Below are positions 1-9,473 of a stretch of DNA of 64,000 nt, piece by piece. The DNA is from an uncultured Actinomycetes bacterium (GTDB lineage Bacteria; Actinomycetota; UBA4738; HRBIN12). Numbering within the stretch: the stretch's first letter is position 1; every line of letters begins with the position of its first letter. The translations under genes and the position numbers were made by a program. Where the stretch lies: the NCBI GenBank assembly GCA_963790335.1, contig CAWBOB010000007.1:161069-225068 (forward strand), given 5' to 3'. The notes under the pieces were generated by a model. That model was not told the origin of the DNA, searched no databases, and was given only the letters and a program-made list of their open reading frames with translations.

Positions 1-481
1 ATCGGTTGAGGAACCCGAACAGCCCGACGACCGACAGCATCTCCACGATCTGGCCGTCGCTCCAGAACCGCCGGAGCTCCTCGAAGTGCGCAGGCGTGAC
101 CTCGTTGGGAACGAGCGACGCGTCTCGAGCGAACCGCAGGGCCGCGCGCTCGCCGTCGGAGTAGCGGTCGCTCCGCTCGAAGTTCCAGATGTCCGCGATC
201 TTCTCGTCGTCGACGCCTCGTTCACGCGCGTCGACCGCCTCGTGCGCCTGGCAGTAGCGGCATCCGGCGGCCACGCTCGAGACGATCCCGATCAACGGCT
301 TCAGCTCGGTCGGAAGCGTGCCGGTGTTCCAGATCTGCGTGATCAGCTCGCTGAAGGCGCCGAGGATCTCGGGGCGCCGCGCCATGGTGAACAGCGAGTT
401 CGGCACGAAGCTGAGGGTCTCGTCGTAGTGGGCGAACAGCGGCTCCAGCTCGGGGTGATCCTCACGTCGGAGCGGTTGCAT
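1..481 (-). CDS. Carboxymuconolactone decarboxylase / AhpD-like (CMD family) protein, 3' end cut by window edge
   Basis: Absent from the ORF track because it runs off the edge. My reverse translation from the ATG (rc of cat 479-481) gives MQPLRREDHPELEPLF...IVSSVAAGCRYCQAHE...EMLSVVGLFGFLNR. The CxxC-x-AH core is typical of the CMD/AhpD fold. Confidence 0.7.
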   Translation of the reverse strand, partial: MQPLRREDHPELEPLFAHYDETLSFVPNSLFTMARRPEILGAFSELITQIWNTGTLPTELKPLIGIVSSVAAGCRYCQAHEAVDARERGVDDEKIADIWNFERSDRYSDGERAALRFARDASLVPNEVTPAHFEELRRFWSDGQIVEMLSVVGLFGFLNR

Positions 482-571
482 GTTCGCCACTGGGACCTCC
501 CGAGCCACCCGACCCGATCGGCGGCCCGGGCCTCGATGCGTCACACTACGCGGCATCGAGGGGAGGGTCGC

Positions 572-1379
572 ATGAGGCTCGACGGCACGGTGGCGATCAT
601 CAGCGGCGGGGGCACGGGCATCGGTGCCGCGATCGCGCGGCGCTTCGCGGCCGAAGGCGCGAAGGTGACCGTCACCGGTCGGCGACCCGAACCGCTCGAG
701 GCGGTCGCCGCGGAGGTTGGGGGCCTCGCCGTGGCGGGCGACGCGAGCGATACGGAGCACGCCACGTCGGCCGTCGAGGAGACCGTCCGGGCGTTCGGCG
801 GCCTCGACGTCGTGGTCGCCAACGCGGGGATCGGCCTCGGCGGCTCGGCCGGCGACGTGAGCGACGACGCGTGGCGTGCCACCGTCGATATCAACCTCAC
901 GGGTGCGCTCTTCCTCGTGCGCGCTGCGATGCCGCATCTGCAAGCCGGGCGTGGCGGCTCGGTCGTGCTCGTCTCGTCCGTCTCGGGCTTCGCGTCGTCG
1001 GCGTCGAGCGCCGCCTACGTCGCCTCGAAGGCCGGCATGATCGGGCTCGCGAAGTCGATCGCGGTGGACTTCGGACCCGCCGGCGTTCGGGCCAACGCCG
1101 TGTGCCCCGGTTGGGTGCACACGGCGATGGGCGACGAGTCGATGGACGAACTTGGCGCACGACCGCGGCATCTCGCGCGACGAGGCGTACCGCCTGGCCA
1201 CCGAGCTCGTGCCGCTTCGGCGCGCGGCCGATCCCGACGAGATCGCCGCTTGTGCGCTCTTCCTGGCGAGCGACGACGCCTCGTACGTCTCGGGCACGAC
1301 GCTGCTCGTCGACGGCGGCGGCATGGCGGTCGATGTGGCGTCGGTCGCCTTCGACACGGTGCGAGCGGATCGGCCGTGA
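572..1379 (+). pseudogene. SDR family oxidoreductase, frameshifted as sequenced (possibly an assembly indel)
   Basis: The N-terminal ~190 aa lie in the frame of ORF 86..2146, from ATG 572 (MRLDGTVAIISGGGTGIGAAIARRF..., NAGIG, YVASK). The C-terminal 75 aa lie in ORF 1152..1379 ([36 protein letters not shown]). The frames switch at 1150-1156 (gaacttggcgcac). SD gaggggaggg precedes the ATG. Confidence 0.8.
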
Positions 1380-2146
1380 GCTTCGACCATTCCGGGCGCG
1401 TCGCGTTCGTGACCGGTGCCGGCTCCGGCATCGGTCGCGCGATCGCGACCCGGTTGGGCGGCGAGGGCGCAACGGTGGCCGTGGCCGACCTGCAGATCGA
1501 GGGCGCGGAGGCGACGGTGGCAACGATCGAAGAACGCGGCGGTCGCGCGATCGCGATCGAGCTCGACGTGCGCGCGCCGGCCGGCGCCGAGGCCGCGCGC
1601 GACGCCACGCTCGAGGCCTTCGGCGCGATCCACCTGCTCGTGAACAACGCCGGACTCGTCCGCATGTCGGTGCTCGACGACCTCGACGAGGAGGAGTGGG
1701 ATCTCGTGCTCGACACGAACCTCAAGGGCATGTACGTCGTGACGAGGGCGCTGGCGCCATCGATCGGCCAAGCAGGAGGCGGTGCGATCGTGAACATGTC
1801 GACGATCGAGTCCGAGGTGGTCGTGTCGTCGGCGGGCCACCCCCAGGTGCACTACAACGCCTCGAAGGGCGGCGTGAAGATGCTCACCAAGGCGCTCGCG
1901 GTCGAGCTCGCCGCCAGGCGTATCCGGGTCAATGCCGTGGCGCCGGGACCGATCGCGACCTCGTTCATCCCCGGCGGCGACCTTCGGTCCGACGAAGCCT
2001 GGGCGTTCATGTCGCAGCGCCTGCTGGTCGATCGGGTGGGTGAACCCGAGGACGTGGCGGCGGCGGTCTCGTTCCTGTTGTCCGACGAGGCCTCCTTCAT
2101 CACCGGCGCGCAGCTCCCGGTCGACGGCGGATGGCTCACCCGGTGA
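1376..2146 (+). CDS. SDR family oxidoreductase
   Basis: GTG 1376 overlaps the TGA of the upstream SDR (GTGA). Motifs: [39 protein letters not shown]. This is the second half of the 686-aa track ORF. Confidence 0.85.
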   Translation: MSFDHSGRVAFVTGAGSGIGRAIATRLGGEGATVAVADLQIEGAEATVATIEERGGRAIAIELDVRAPAGAEAARDATLEAFGAIHLLVNNAGLVRMSVLDDLDEEEWDLVLDTNLKGMYVVTRALAPSIGQAGGGAIVNMSTIESEVVVSSAGHPQVHYNASKGGVKMLTKALAVELAARRIRVNAVAPGPIATSFIPGGDLRSDEAWAFMSQRLLVDRVGEPEDVAAAVSFLLSDEASFITGAQLPVDGGWLTR

Positions 2147-3585
2147 GCGCTCCAGGCGTCACGCCCACCTTCGGGCTCGACGAGCTCGGCGACACCGGCA
2201 CCCGAACGGTCATCGTGACCTCGGCCGATGTGACGGGAAGGCTCGTCGGCAAGCGGTTCTCGCTCGACGTCTTCCGCCGACTGATCCACGAGGGCGTGCC
2301 CCTCAGCTCGTGCGTGCTCGGATGGGATCTGGATCAGTGGCCCGGACCCACGCAGGCCTACACGGGACATCACACCGGCTGGCACGACGTTCGGCTCGTT
2401 CCCGACCTCAGCTCGCTGCGCCCCGCCGCGTGGCTCGGATCGACGGCGATCTGTGTGGCCGACTTCGTCGAGATGGGAAGCGACGAGCTCGTGGAGGTCG
2501 CGCCCCGCACGATCCTTCGGCGCCAGGTCGAGCGTCTCGGCGAGGACGGCTACACCCCGCAGGTGGCGAGCGAGCTCGAGTTCTCGCTGTACCGCGGCTC
2601 CTACGACGATGCTCGGACGAACGGGTACGAGACGCTCACGCCGACCACGCCGGCGCGCGCCGACTACACCGTGCAGGCGGGAGATCAGCACGACGCCTTC
2701 TTCGCCGAGGTCCGCGAGGCCCTGACGCGCTCGAACCTCGGTCCGTCGACGAGCCAGGCGGAGTGGGGACTCGGGCAGTGGGAGATCAACCTCGACCACC
2801 GGCACGCGCTCGAGATGGCCGATCGCCACATCGTGTTCAAGCTCGCGATGCGCGACCTGGCTGCCGCTCACGGCCTGGCAGCGACCTTCATGGCGAAACC
2901 GTTCGCCGATACGACCGGCTCCTCATGCCATCTGCACCTCTCCCTGATCGATGCGCAGGGCACCAACGTCTTCGGCGGGAGCGGCGGAGGCGCCGGGGGC
3001 GGTGAAGGCCAGGCTGCGCACGATGAGGGAGCGCACGACGACCCCGCCGCGGGGGGCGACCGGGCCATCGCGCCGTCGCTCCGGGGAGCCGTGGGCGGCG
3101 TGCTCACCCACGCGAACGAGTCGATGCTCTGGTACGCGCCGACCGTCAACTCCTATCGACGCATCGCCGGCGGCGAGTTCTCGGGCAACGGCCTCAGCTG
3201 GGGTTTCGACAGCCGCATGGTCTCCTGCCGGGTGTTGACCGAGGCCGCCGATTCGACGCGGCTCGAGTGGCGGACGCCCGGCGCCGACGTCAACCCCTAC
3301 CTCGCGATCGCGGCGTTGCTCGCGTCGGCCCGCGACGGCATGGCACATGGCACCGACCCAGGAGCGCCGCTCATCGGTGAGGACTGGCAGCGCGAGGTGC
3401 CGCCGCTTCCCGCACACCTCGGCGCGGCCGTCGAAGCTTTCGGCGACAGCGCCTGGGCGCGCGAGACCTTCGGCCAGGATGTCGTGGCCCACTACGCGGA
3501 GGCCGGCCGGTGGGAGTGGGAGCGCTTCCTCGCGGCAGACGTGGTCACCGAGTGGGAACGTCGCCGGTACTTCGAGTTCATCTGA
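2131..3585 (+). CDS. Glutamine synthetase family protein (GlnA-like gamma-glutamyl ligase)
   Basis: 484-aa ORF with GS catalytic-domain motifs (SSCHLHLSL, PTVNSYRR, NPYLAIAALLAS). The start overlaps the end of the SDR. An alternative GTG at 2143 forms a GTGA overlap. Confidence 0.85.
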   Translation: MAHPVSAPGVTPTFGLDELGDTGTRTVIVTSADVTGRLVGKRFSLDVFRRLIHEGVPLSSCVLGWDLDQWPGPTQAYTGHHTGWHDVRLVPDLSSLRPAAWLGSTAICVADFVEMGSDELVEVAPRTILRRQVERLGEDGYTPQVASELEFSLYRGSYDDARTNGYETLTPTTPARADYTVQAGDQHDAFFAEVREALTRSNLGPSTSQAEWGLGQWEINLDHRHALEMADRHIVFKLAMRDLAAAHGLAATFMAKPFADTTGSSCHLHLSLIDAQGTNVFGGSGGGAGGGEGQAAHDEGAHDDPAAGGDRAIAPSLRGAVGGVLTHANESMLWYAPTVNSYRRIAGGEFSGNGLSWGFDSRMVSCRVLTEAADSTRLEWRTPGADVNPYLAIAALLASARDGMAHGTDPGAPLIGEDWQREVPPLPAHLGAAVEAFGDSAWARETFGQDVVAHYAEAGRWEWERFLAADVVTEWERRRYFEFI

Positions 3586-3599
3586 ACCGAGCGATCCAC

Positions 3600-3639
3600 G
3601 CCGTGTCGGCTCCGGGCCCTCCACTTCGCGCGACACGGC
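3600..3639 (+). terminator. 9-bp perfect inverted repeat GCCGTGTCG-N22-CGACACGGC after the GS-like gene (terminator or operator)
   Basis: Read directly from the sequence. It lies 15 nt after the stop at 3585 and is followed by ggtttgcc. It sits in the 126-bp gap before the P450. Confidence 0.3.
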
Positions 3640-3717
3640 GGTTTGCCGTAAGGTCGTTCGGGAGCGAAGCACCCACCACGGACAGCGCCGCCGCCACACC
3701 GAAGGGAGACCTTGCCG

Positions 3718-4965
3718 ATGGGCGACACGCTCGGAGAGATCGATCTGGTCGACCCCGACGTCTACGCCGAGCGGGTGCCGTTCGAATGGTTCGACCATCT
3801 GCGGGCCGAGCATCCGGTGGTCTGGCACCCGGAGCCTGCTCCCAACACGGGGTTCTGGGCGGTCACCCGCTACGACGACCTCACCCGCATCCACATGGAC
3901 TGGGAGACGTTCTCCTCCGAGCTCGGCGCGGTCTCGCTCGAAGAGCTCGACGAGGAGCAGCTCGAGGTACGCAAGTCGATGCTCGAGACCGACCCTCCCC
4001 GTCACACCGAGCTCCGCAAGATCTGTTCGAAGCGCTTCAGCGCCCGCGGCGTGGGGAAGTACGAGGACTGGATCCGCGACGTCGCTCGCGACGTGCTCGA
4101 CCGGGCCCTTCCCAGGGGCGAGTTCGATTTCGTGACCGAGATCAGCCGTGACCTGCCGATCCGCTTCCTCTGCTCGATCTTCACCGTTCCGCAGGAAGAC
4201 GCCCCGCAGCTCATCTCGTGGGGCGACAGCATGATCGCGAACCAGGACCCCGACCTCTCGGCCGCCGTGATCGACAAGGTCGACACCGAGGCCTATCGGC
4301 TCTTCCCGTTCCGCTCCCCCACCGCGCTCGACGTGTTCGCCTACGCCGACCGACAACGCGACATGCGACTGGCCGATCCGGCCGACGACGTGCTGCAGGC
4401 GCTCACGATCGCCCAGAGCGAGGGGGTGCTCGACGAGCGGGAGTTCCACAACTACTTCGGGGTGCTGATGATCGCCGGCAACGAGACCACCCGGCACACG
4501 ATCAGCCACGGCATGCTCGCCCTGATGGAGCACCCCGAGCAGCTCCAGCTGCTGCGCGACAGACCCGAGCTGATCCCGACGGCGACCGAGGAGATCCTGC
4601 GGTGGGCCACGCCGGTGCTGCATTTCCGGCGTACGGCGACCCGCGACGTGGAGCTGCGCGATCAGCCCATCAAGCGAGGCGACAAGGTCGTCACGTGGTT
4701 CATGAGCGCGAACCGAGACGAGACGATGTTCCCCGATCCCCACACGTTCGACGTGACGCGCAAGCCGAACGATCACGTCACGTTCGGGCCGGGCGGACCG
4801 CACTTCTGCCTCGGCGCACATCTCGCTCGGCTCGAGACGAAGATCCTCTTCCAGGAGCTGATCCCCCGGCTCGACACGATCGAGCTCACGGGTCCCGTCG
4901 AGCGCATCCGGTCGAACTTCGTGAACGGCATCAAGCGCATGCCCGTGCGCGTCACGACGACGTAG
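3718..4965 (+). CDS. Cytochrome P450
   Basis: Track ORF 3712..4965. Heme-thiolate loop FGPGGPHFCLGAHLA, I-helix AGNETT, EILRW (ExxR). ATG 3718 sits 8 nt after SD gggaga. The track start is a TTG at 3712. Confidence 0.9.
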   Translation: MGDTLGEIDLVDPDVYAERVPFEWFDHLRAEHPVVWHPEPAPNTGFWAVTRYDDLTRIHMDWETFSSELGAVSLEELDEEQLEVRKSMLETDPPRHTELRKICSKRFSARGVGKYEDWIRDVARDVLDRALPRGEFDFVTEISRDLPIRFLCSIFTVPQEDAPQLISWGDSMIANQDPDLSAAVIDKVDTEAYRLFPFRSPTALDVFAYADRQRDMRLADPADDVLQALTIAQSEGVLDEREFHNYFGVLMIAGNETTRHTISHGMLALMEHPEQLQLLRDRPELIPTATEEILRWATPVLHFRRTATRDVELRDQPIKRGDKVVTWFMSANRDETMFPDPHTFDVTRKPNDHVTFGPGGPHFCLGAHLARLETKILFQELIPRLDTIELTGPVERIRSNFVNGIKRMPVRVTTT

Positions 4966-5029
4966 CGGCGGGATCCGGCGATGACGACTCCGCGGCTGGT
5001 GCTCGTGCTGAGCGAGAACCACACGCTCG

Positions 5030-5920
5030 GTGCCGGCGCGCGATCTCGGCGGGCTGGTCGAGATGGCCGTGGAAGCCGAACACGCCGGGTTCGACGGCGT
5101 CATGGTGAGCGAGCACGTCGTGCTCGGGCGCGGCGCAGACGCCGACGGACTGCCGGCGAACCCGCGCGACTACGCGCTCCCCGGGAACCAGGACCCGGCG
5201 ACCCCGTGGCCGTCGTCGCTGCTGCTGCTCGCGGCGATCGCGTCGATGACGTCGTCGCTGCGGCTGATCGCGAGCGCCGTGATCCCCCCGCTCAGGCAGC
5301 CGCTGCTGATCGCGAAGGAACTCGCGACACTCGACCTGCTCTCGCGGGGCCGCCTCGTCGTGCAGCCCACGGTGAGCTGGCATCGAGCCGAGTACGAGGC
5401 GCTCGGCGTGCCGTTCGAATCGAGGGGCGCGCGGCTCGATGAGCACCTCGCCGCGTGGTCGCTGCTCTGGCACGACTCGCCGGCCTCGTTCGAGGGACGT
5501 CACTACCGGTTCCACGATGTCTGGCTCGAGCCCAAGCCGTTCCGCCCGGAAGGACCACGACTCTGGTTCGGCGGACAGCGCCTGCACGACCGGATGCTGC
5601 GGCGTCTCGTCACGTACGGGCACGGCTTCAACCCGCTCGGTCGCCCGAGCGACGACGACCTGTCGCGGCTCGCTGAGGCGCTCGCCGACGCCGGCCGCGA
5701 CGCGTCACAGCTCGAGATGATCGGTGGCACACGCGGATCGTTCCCCGACAGCGGTCACCCGGCTCCGCTCGACGAGGCGCTCGACCAGATCCCGGCGCAG
5801 GTGGCGCGCGGCTTCCACACGATCTGCATCAAGCCGAGCCAGTTCACCGACGATCGAGCCGGGATCCCCGACCTGCTGCGTCGGATCGTGGAAGGCGTCG
5901 AGACGCGCGTGCGCAGCTAG
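5030..5920 (+). CDS. Luciferase-like (LLM class, probably F420/flavin-dependent) oxidoreductase; N-terminus may be frameshifted
   Basis: 296-aa ORF with AEHAGFDGVMVSEHVVLG and an LLM-like body. ORF 4981..5442 in another frame opens with MTTPRLVLVLSENHTLGAG, which looks like the missing first beta-strand. The implied frame switch is near 5030-5040. Confidence 0.75.
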   Translation: MPARDLGGLVEMAVEAEHAGFDGVMVSEHVVLGRGADADGLPANPRDYALPGNQDPATPWPSSLLLLAAIASMTSSLRLIASAVIPPLRQPLLIAKELATLDLLSRGRLVVQPTVSWHRAEYEALGVPFESRGARLDEHLAAWSLLWHDSPASFEGRHYRFHDVWLEPKPFRPEGPRLWFGGQRLHDRMLRRLVTYGHGFNPLGRPSDDDLSRLAEALADAGRDASQLEMIGGTRGSFPDSGHPAPLDEALDQIPAQVARGFHTICIKPSQFTDDRAGIPDLLRRIVEGVETRVRS

Positions 5921-5934
5921 TCTAGCTTAGACTA
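5918..5934. repeat. Palindrome TAGTCT-AGCTT-AGACTA spanning the convergent stop codons
   Basis: Read from the sequence. It covers the TAG (5918-5920) of the LLM gene and the TAA (rc 5927-5929) of the MarR gene. The same half-sites and spacing recur at 25519-25535. Confidence 0.6.
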
Positions 5935-6508
5935 CTTCTGGTGGCCGGATCCCGTCGCCGCCGGGCGCCACCGCTCGCAGCAACGACCGCAGCATCGCGG
6001 CGAGATCGTCCTGCTGCGAGGGGTCGAGGTGCGCGGCGACGGCGCTCTCCTCGGCGTTGAACTTCGGGAACAGCGACTCGATCGTGCGTCGACCGTCGGT
6101 GGTCAGCTCCACGATCACCATGCGGCCGTCGGTCGGGTCCTTGCGCCGCGACACGAGCCCGCGCCTTTCCAGGGTGCCCATGACCCCGGTCGCGGTCGGA
6201 CGGCTGATGCCGACCGCGGCGGCGAACTCGCGCGCTTCCATCTCGCCCCACACCCACAGCACCCAGAGAGCGACGAACGAGGTCCAGCTCAGGCGGTCGG
6301 GGGCGAGCACCTTGGCTTCCATGTGGCGTCTGATCGCCGCCGCGCTTCGGAACAGGTTCGAGATCGCCCACATCGCTCGGAAGTCGAGCGGCAGGTGTCC
6401 GAGTTCCTCACGCACCTTGCGCTCGGCCGGCAGCAATCCGTCGGCGCCCGGCACGTGACGATCGTCGGAGGGCGAGGCCGCAGGCCCTGGCACCGATGCC
6501 GCGCTCAC
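5927..6508 (-). CDS. MarR family transcriptional regulator
   Basis: C-terminal part of track ORF 5927..9214: ...LSWTSFVALWVLWVWGEMEAREFAAAVGISRPTATGVMGTLERRGLVSRRKDPTDGRMVIVELTTDGR (winged HTH). The proposed GTG 6508 lies in a GTGA. An alternative GTG is at 6454. Confidence 0.8.
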   Translation of the reverse strand: MSAASVPGPAASPSDDRHVPGADGLLPAERKVREELGHLPLDFRAMWAISNLFRSAAAIRRHMEAKVLAPDRLSWTSFVALWVLWVWGEMEAREFAAAVGISRPTATGVMGTLERRGLVSRRKDPTDGRMVIVELTTDGRRTIESLFPKFNAEESAVAAHLDPSQQDDLAAMLRSLLRAVAPGGDGIRPPEVV

Positions 6509-7933
6509 GCTGCGCTGCCCTCGCGCAGCGAGCCGGTCGCCCACCTCGCGGGCCACGTCGAGCAACGCCACGACGTCGGCCTCGGTCGTGCGGAAGTTCA
6601 CGAAGCACGGTCGCAGCCACACCTCGTCGTCGATCAGTGCGCTCGACAGGTAGACACGTCCGTCGGCTTGCAGGGCCGCGGCGAGTGACCGGTTGTGCGC
6701 GTCGAGGTCGGCCGCAGCACCGGGAGCGTGACGGATGGGAACGATCGACAGCTGCGGGGACGCTTCGAGCACCTCGAAGTCCTCGGCCTCCTGGGCTCGG
6801 CGGTAGAGCAGGTCGGCCTCGTCGAGGTTGCGCTCGATCGCATCGCGGAACTGCGCTGCGCCGTGGGCGCGGAACGCGAGCCAGAGCTTCAGCGCCCGGA
6901 ACGGCCGCGAGTACTCGAGGGTGATGTCGGCCGCGTGCAGCTCGTGCCGCTGATGCGGAAGGTAGCCCTGCTCGTGCGCGAACGCGTGCGCGAGCGCTTC
7001 CTCGTCGCGCACCAGCACGACCCCGCATGCCTTCGGCAGGTACAGCCACTTGTGCGCATCGATCGAGCAGCTGTCGGCGCGAGCGAGCCCCTCGAACGCC
7101 GGCGCCCGTGACGGCGCGGTGGCCGCCGGAAGCCCGTACGCGCCGTCGACGTGGAGCCACACGCCGTGCGCGGCACAGACGTCGGCGATCGCGCCGAGCG
7201 GATCGATCGCGCCCGTGAGCGTCGTGCCCGCCGTCGCGACGACCGCGATCGGGGTGATGCCCGCAGCGACGTCGCCCGAGATCGCGTCGGCGAGCGCGTC
7301 GGGCTGCATGCGTCGCAGTCCGTCGATCGGAACCGCTCGCAGATTGGCCGAGCCGATGCCGAGCAGCTCCACCGCGCGCGTCACGGAGTAGTGCACCTCC
7401 TGCGAGCAGTAGACGGCGGCGCGGCGCGCGGCGAGCCCCTCGTGGCGTGAGCCGGGCAGCGCGCGCTCACGAGCCGCTGCGAGCGCGGTGACGTTGCTCA
7501 CCGTGCCCCCGCTCGTGAACGCGCCGGCCGAGGCGGGGAATCCGACGAACTCCGAGACCCAGCGCACGGCCTGGTCCTCGATCTGGGTCGCCGCCCGGGC
7601 GTCGACCGCGAGGTTGATGTCGTAGGTGTGCGCGAGCAGGTCGCCGAGCGCACCGATCTCGAGCCCGCTCGATCCGATGAACGCGAAGTAGCGCGGGCGG
7701 GCCTGCGCGATCGACTCGTCGAGCACGCGCGCCGCGTCGTCGAGCGCCTCGTGCACCGGCGAGGGTTCGCTCGGCAGCCCCCGGGCGAGGAGGCGGCGCA
7801 CCCGCTCGTCGAGCGCCGGTTCCTCGGGACGGAACCGGTCGAAGCTGCGCCAGGCCTCGGCGACGAGGCGCGCCGCGTGCTCGAGCGCCTCCTCGCGAGG
7901 CGCATCGAGCCGCAGCGGCCGGTCCTCAGCCAT
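6505..7933 (-). CDS. Group II pyridoxal-dependent (aromatic-amino-acid-type) decarboxylase; no in-frame stop as sequenced
   Basis: ATG 7933 (MAEDRPLRL...). PLP-lysine motif SCSIDAHKWLYLPKACG. As printed, the frame runs on into MarR. Removing one base of the CCC run at 6518-6520 gives ...LAARGSAA-TGA at 6505-6507. Confidence 0.8.
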
Positions 7934-7956
7934 GCCGGTCTCTCCGGAGGTGCCGG

Positions 7957-9432
7957 TCAGACCCGAGCGCCTCGATCGTCCTGCAGGTCGCCGAGCACCT
8001 GGCTCGCAGGCTCCCTTCCCTTCACGACGGCCATGTAGACGAGGCCGATCACGAACCAGATCAGCGCGTAGCGTGGAGCCCACACCGTCGGCGTCGGCAC
8101 CTTGTAGAAGGAACCCCAGATCGCCGCCGCGGTGATCGCGATGCCGAGGATCGCGGCGATCACGACACCGGCCGGGTTCGCCTGACGTGCGGCAGACGCC
8201 AGGGCACCGATCGACATGAGCAGGTACACGACCAGGAGCGCGAAGCCACCGAACGTCGAGCACCAGGCGAAGAGCGCGAAGTAGTGGGGGAATCCCTCCA
8301 GCGCGAAGATCTCGGTCCACTCGCTGGCCACGATCAGCAGGCCCTGCATCACGATGAGCAGCGCGATCGCTCCGGCGGGAGTGCCGAACCGGTTCGAGAC
8401 GGCTGCGAGCGGGGCGGGAAGACGGCGGTCGCGAGCCATCGCGAACATGCCTCGGGTCGACGCGACGCCCGCACCGACGTAGACGGCGAGCATGTCGAGG
8501 AACACGACGAGGATCAGGAGCTTGAGCCAGAACTCCGACCCGAAGTCGCCCCCCGGCGCGCCGAGCGCGAACAGTGGCGCGCCCGCGACCTCGGGGCTCG
8601 TGATCACGGCGAGGTCGAAGCCGAAACCTGCGACCTCCACGTACGCCGCGATCACGTAGAAGATGGATACCAACACCACCGCGCCGAGCACGGCCCTCGG
8701 GATGGACCGCTTGGGATCGGCCGTCTCCTCTGCGAGGTTGGCCGCGGTCTCGAAGCCCACGAAGATGAGCACCCCGTACAGGACCCCGAACAGGATCCCG
8801 GAGAATCCTCCGTCCGGACTCGGATCGACCGCCTTGGCGAGATCGTTCCCGTCGCCGAGCTCTGCGATCACGGTGACGAAGAAGACCAGCACCACGGCGA
8901 TCGAGACCAGGGCGAGCGCGAGCTGCACCCGAGTCGATATCTGGACCCCGAGGTAGAGCACGGCGAATAGCAGCGCGGCCACGAGCAGGTCGAACAGCCA
9001 GATCGGCAGATCGGTGTTGATGTCGAAGGCCGTCAGCAGGTTGTCCTTGATGAACCCCCCGAGCAGCACACCCAGGCCGACGGTGAGGATGATCGTGCCC
9101 GCGTAGTAGAGCCATCCACCGGCGGCCCCGATCGTCGTACCCAGCCCCTCCGACACGTAGTCGTACAGCGATCCGGCTGCGTGGATGCGCCTCGCGTACT
9201 GGGCGACGATCCATCCGATGGCGAACACGCCCACGGCGGCGAGCAAGACCGACGCCACGGCCGAGGTGCCCGCACCCCGGGCGGCGAAGTTCACGCCGAT
9301 GATCAGCGGGATGATGAACGCCGCGGAGAACACCGGCCCCATGAAGCCCACCGATTGCGCGAGCACGTCGAGAAGCGACAGCTTGGCCTCGCCGAGCCGC
9401 TCGTAGCCCATCTCCCCGTTCTGCTCTACCAT
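7957..9432 (-). CDS. APC family amino acid permease
   Basis: Track ORF 7957..9525. Real start ATG 9432 (MVEQNGEMGYERL...) follows SD ggagaagggggg. About 12 hydrophobic segments. Confidence 0.85.
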   Translation of the reverse strand: MVEQNGEMGYERLGEAKLSLLDVLAQSVGFMGPVFSAAFIIPLIIGVNFAARGAGTSAVASVLLAAVGVFAIGWIVAQYARRIHAAGSLYDYVSEGLGTTIGAAGGWLYYAGTIILTVGLGVLLGGFIKDNLLTAFDINTDLPIWLFDLLVAALLFAVLYLGVQISTRVQLALALVSIAVVLVFFVTVIAELGDGNDLAKAVDPSPDGGFSGILFGVLYGVLIFVGFETAANLAEETADPKRSIPRAVLGAVVLVSIFYVIAAYVEVAGFGFDLAVITSPEVAGAPLFALGAPGGDFGSEFWLKLLILVVFLDMLAVYVGAGVASTRGMFAMARDRRLPAPLAAVSNRFGTPAGAIALLIVMQGLLIVASEWTEIFALEGFPHYFALFAWCSTFGGFALLVVYLLMSIGALASAARQANPAGVVIAAILGIAITAAAIWGSFYKVPTPTVWAPRYALIWFVIGLVYMAVVKGREPASQVLGDLQDDRGARV

Positions 9433-9473
9433 GTGGAGCCCCCCTTCTCCTGTTCCTTCAGACCGTGCGCACG

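Noticed and set aside
86-571. N-terminal 160 aa of the 686-aa track ORF
   Set aside because: This is run-on upstream of the real SDR start (ATG 572 with SD). It lies antisense to the CMD/AhpD-like gene at 1-481.
5927-7933. Genuine enzyme-MarR and transporter-flavoprotein (19482-22496) fusion proteins as novel architectures
   Set aside because: In both cases a single-base change in a homopolymer restores a stop at a canonical junction, and the second domain has its own start. The window also shows many other +/-1 lesions. They are kept as findings only for verification.
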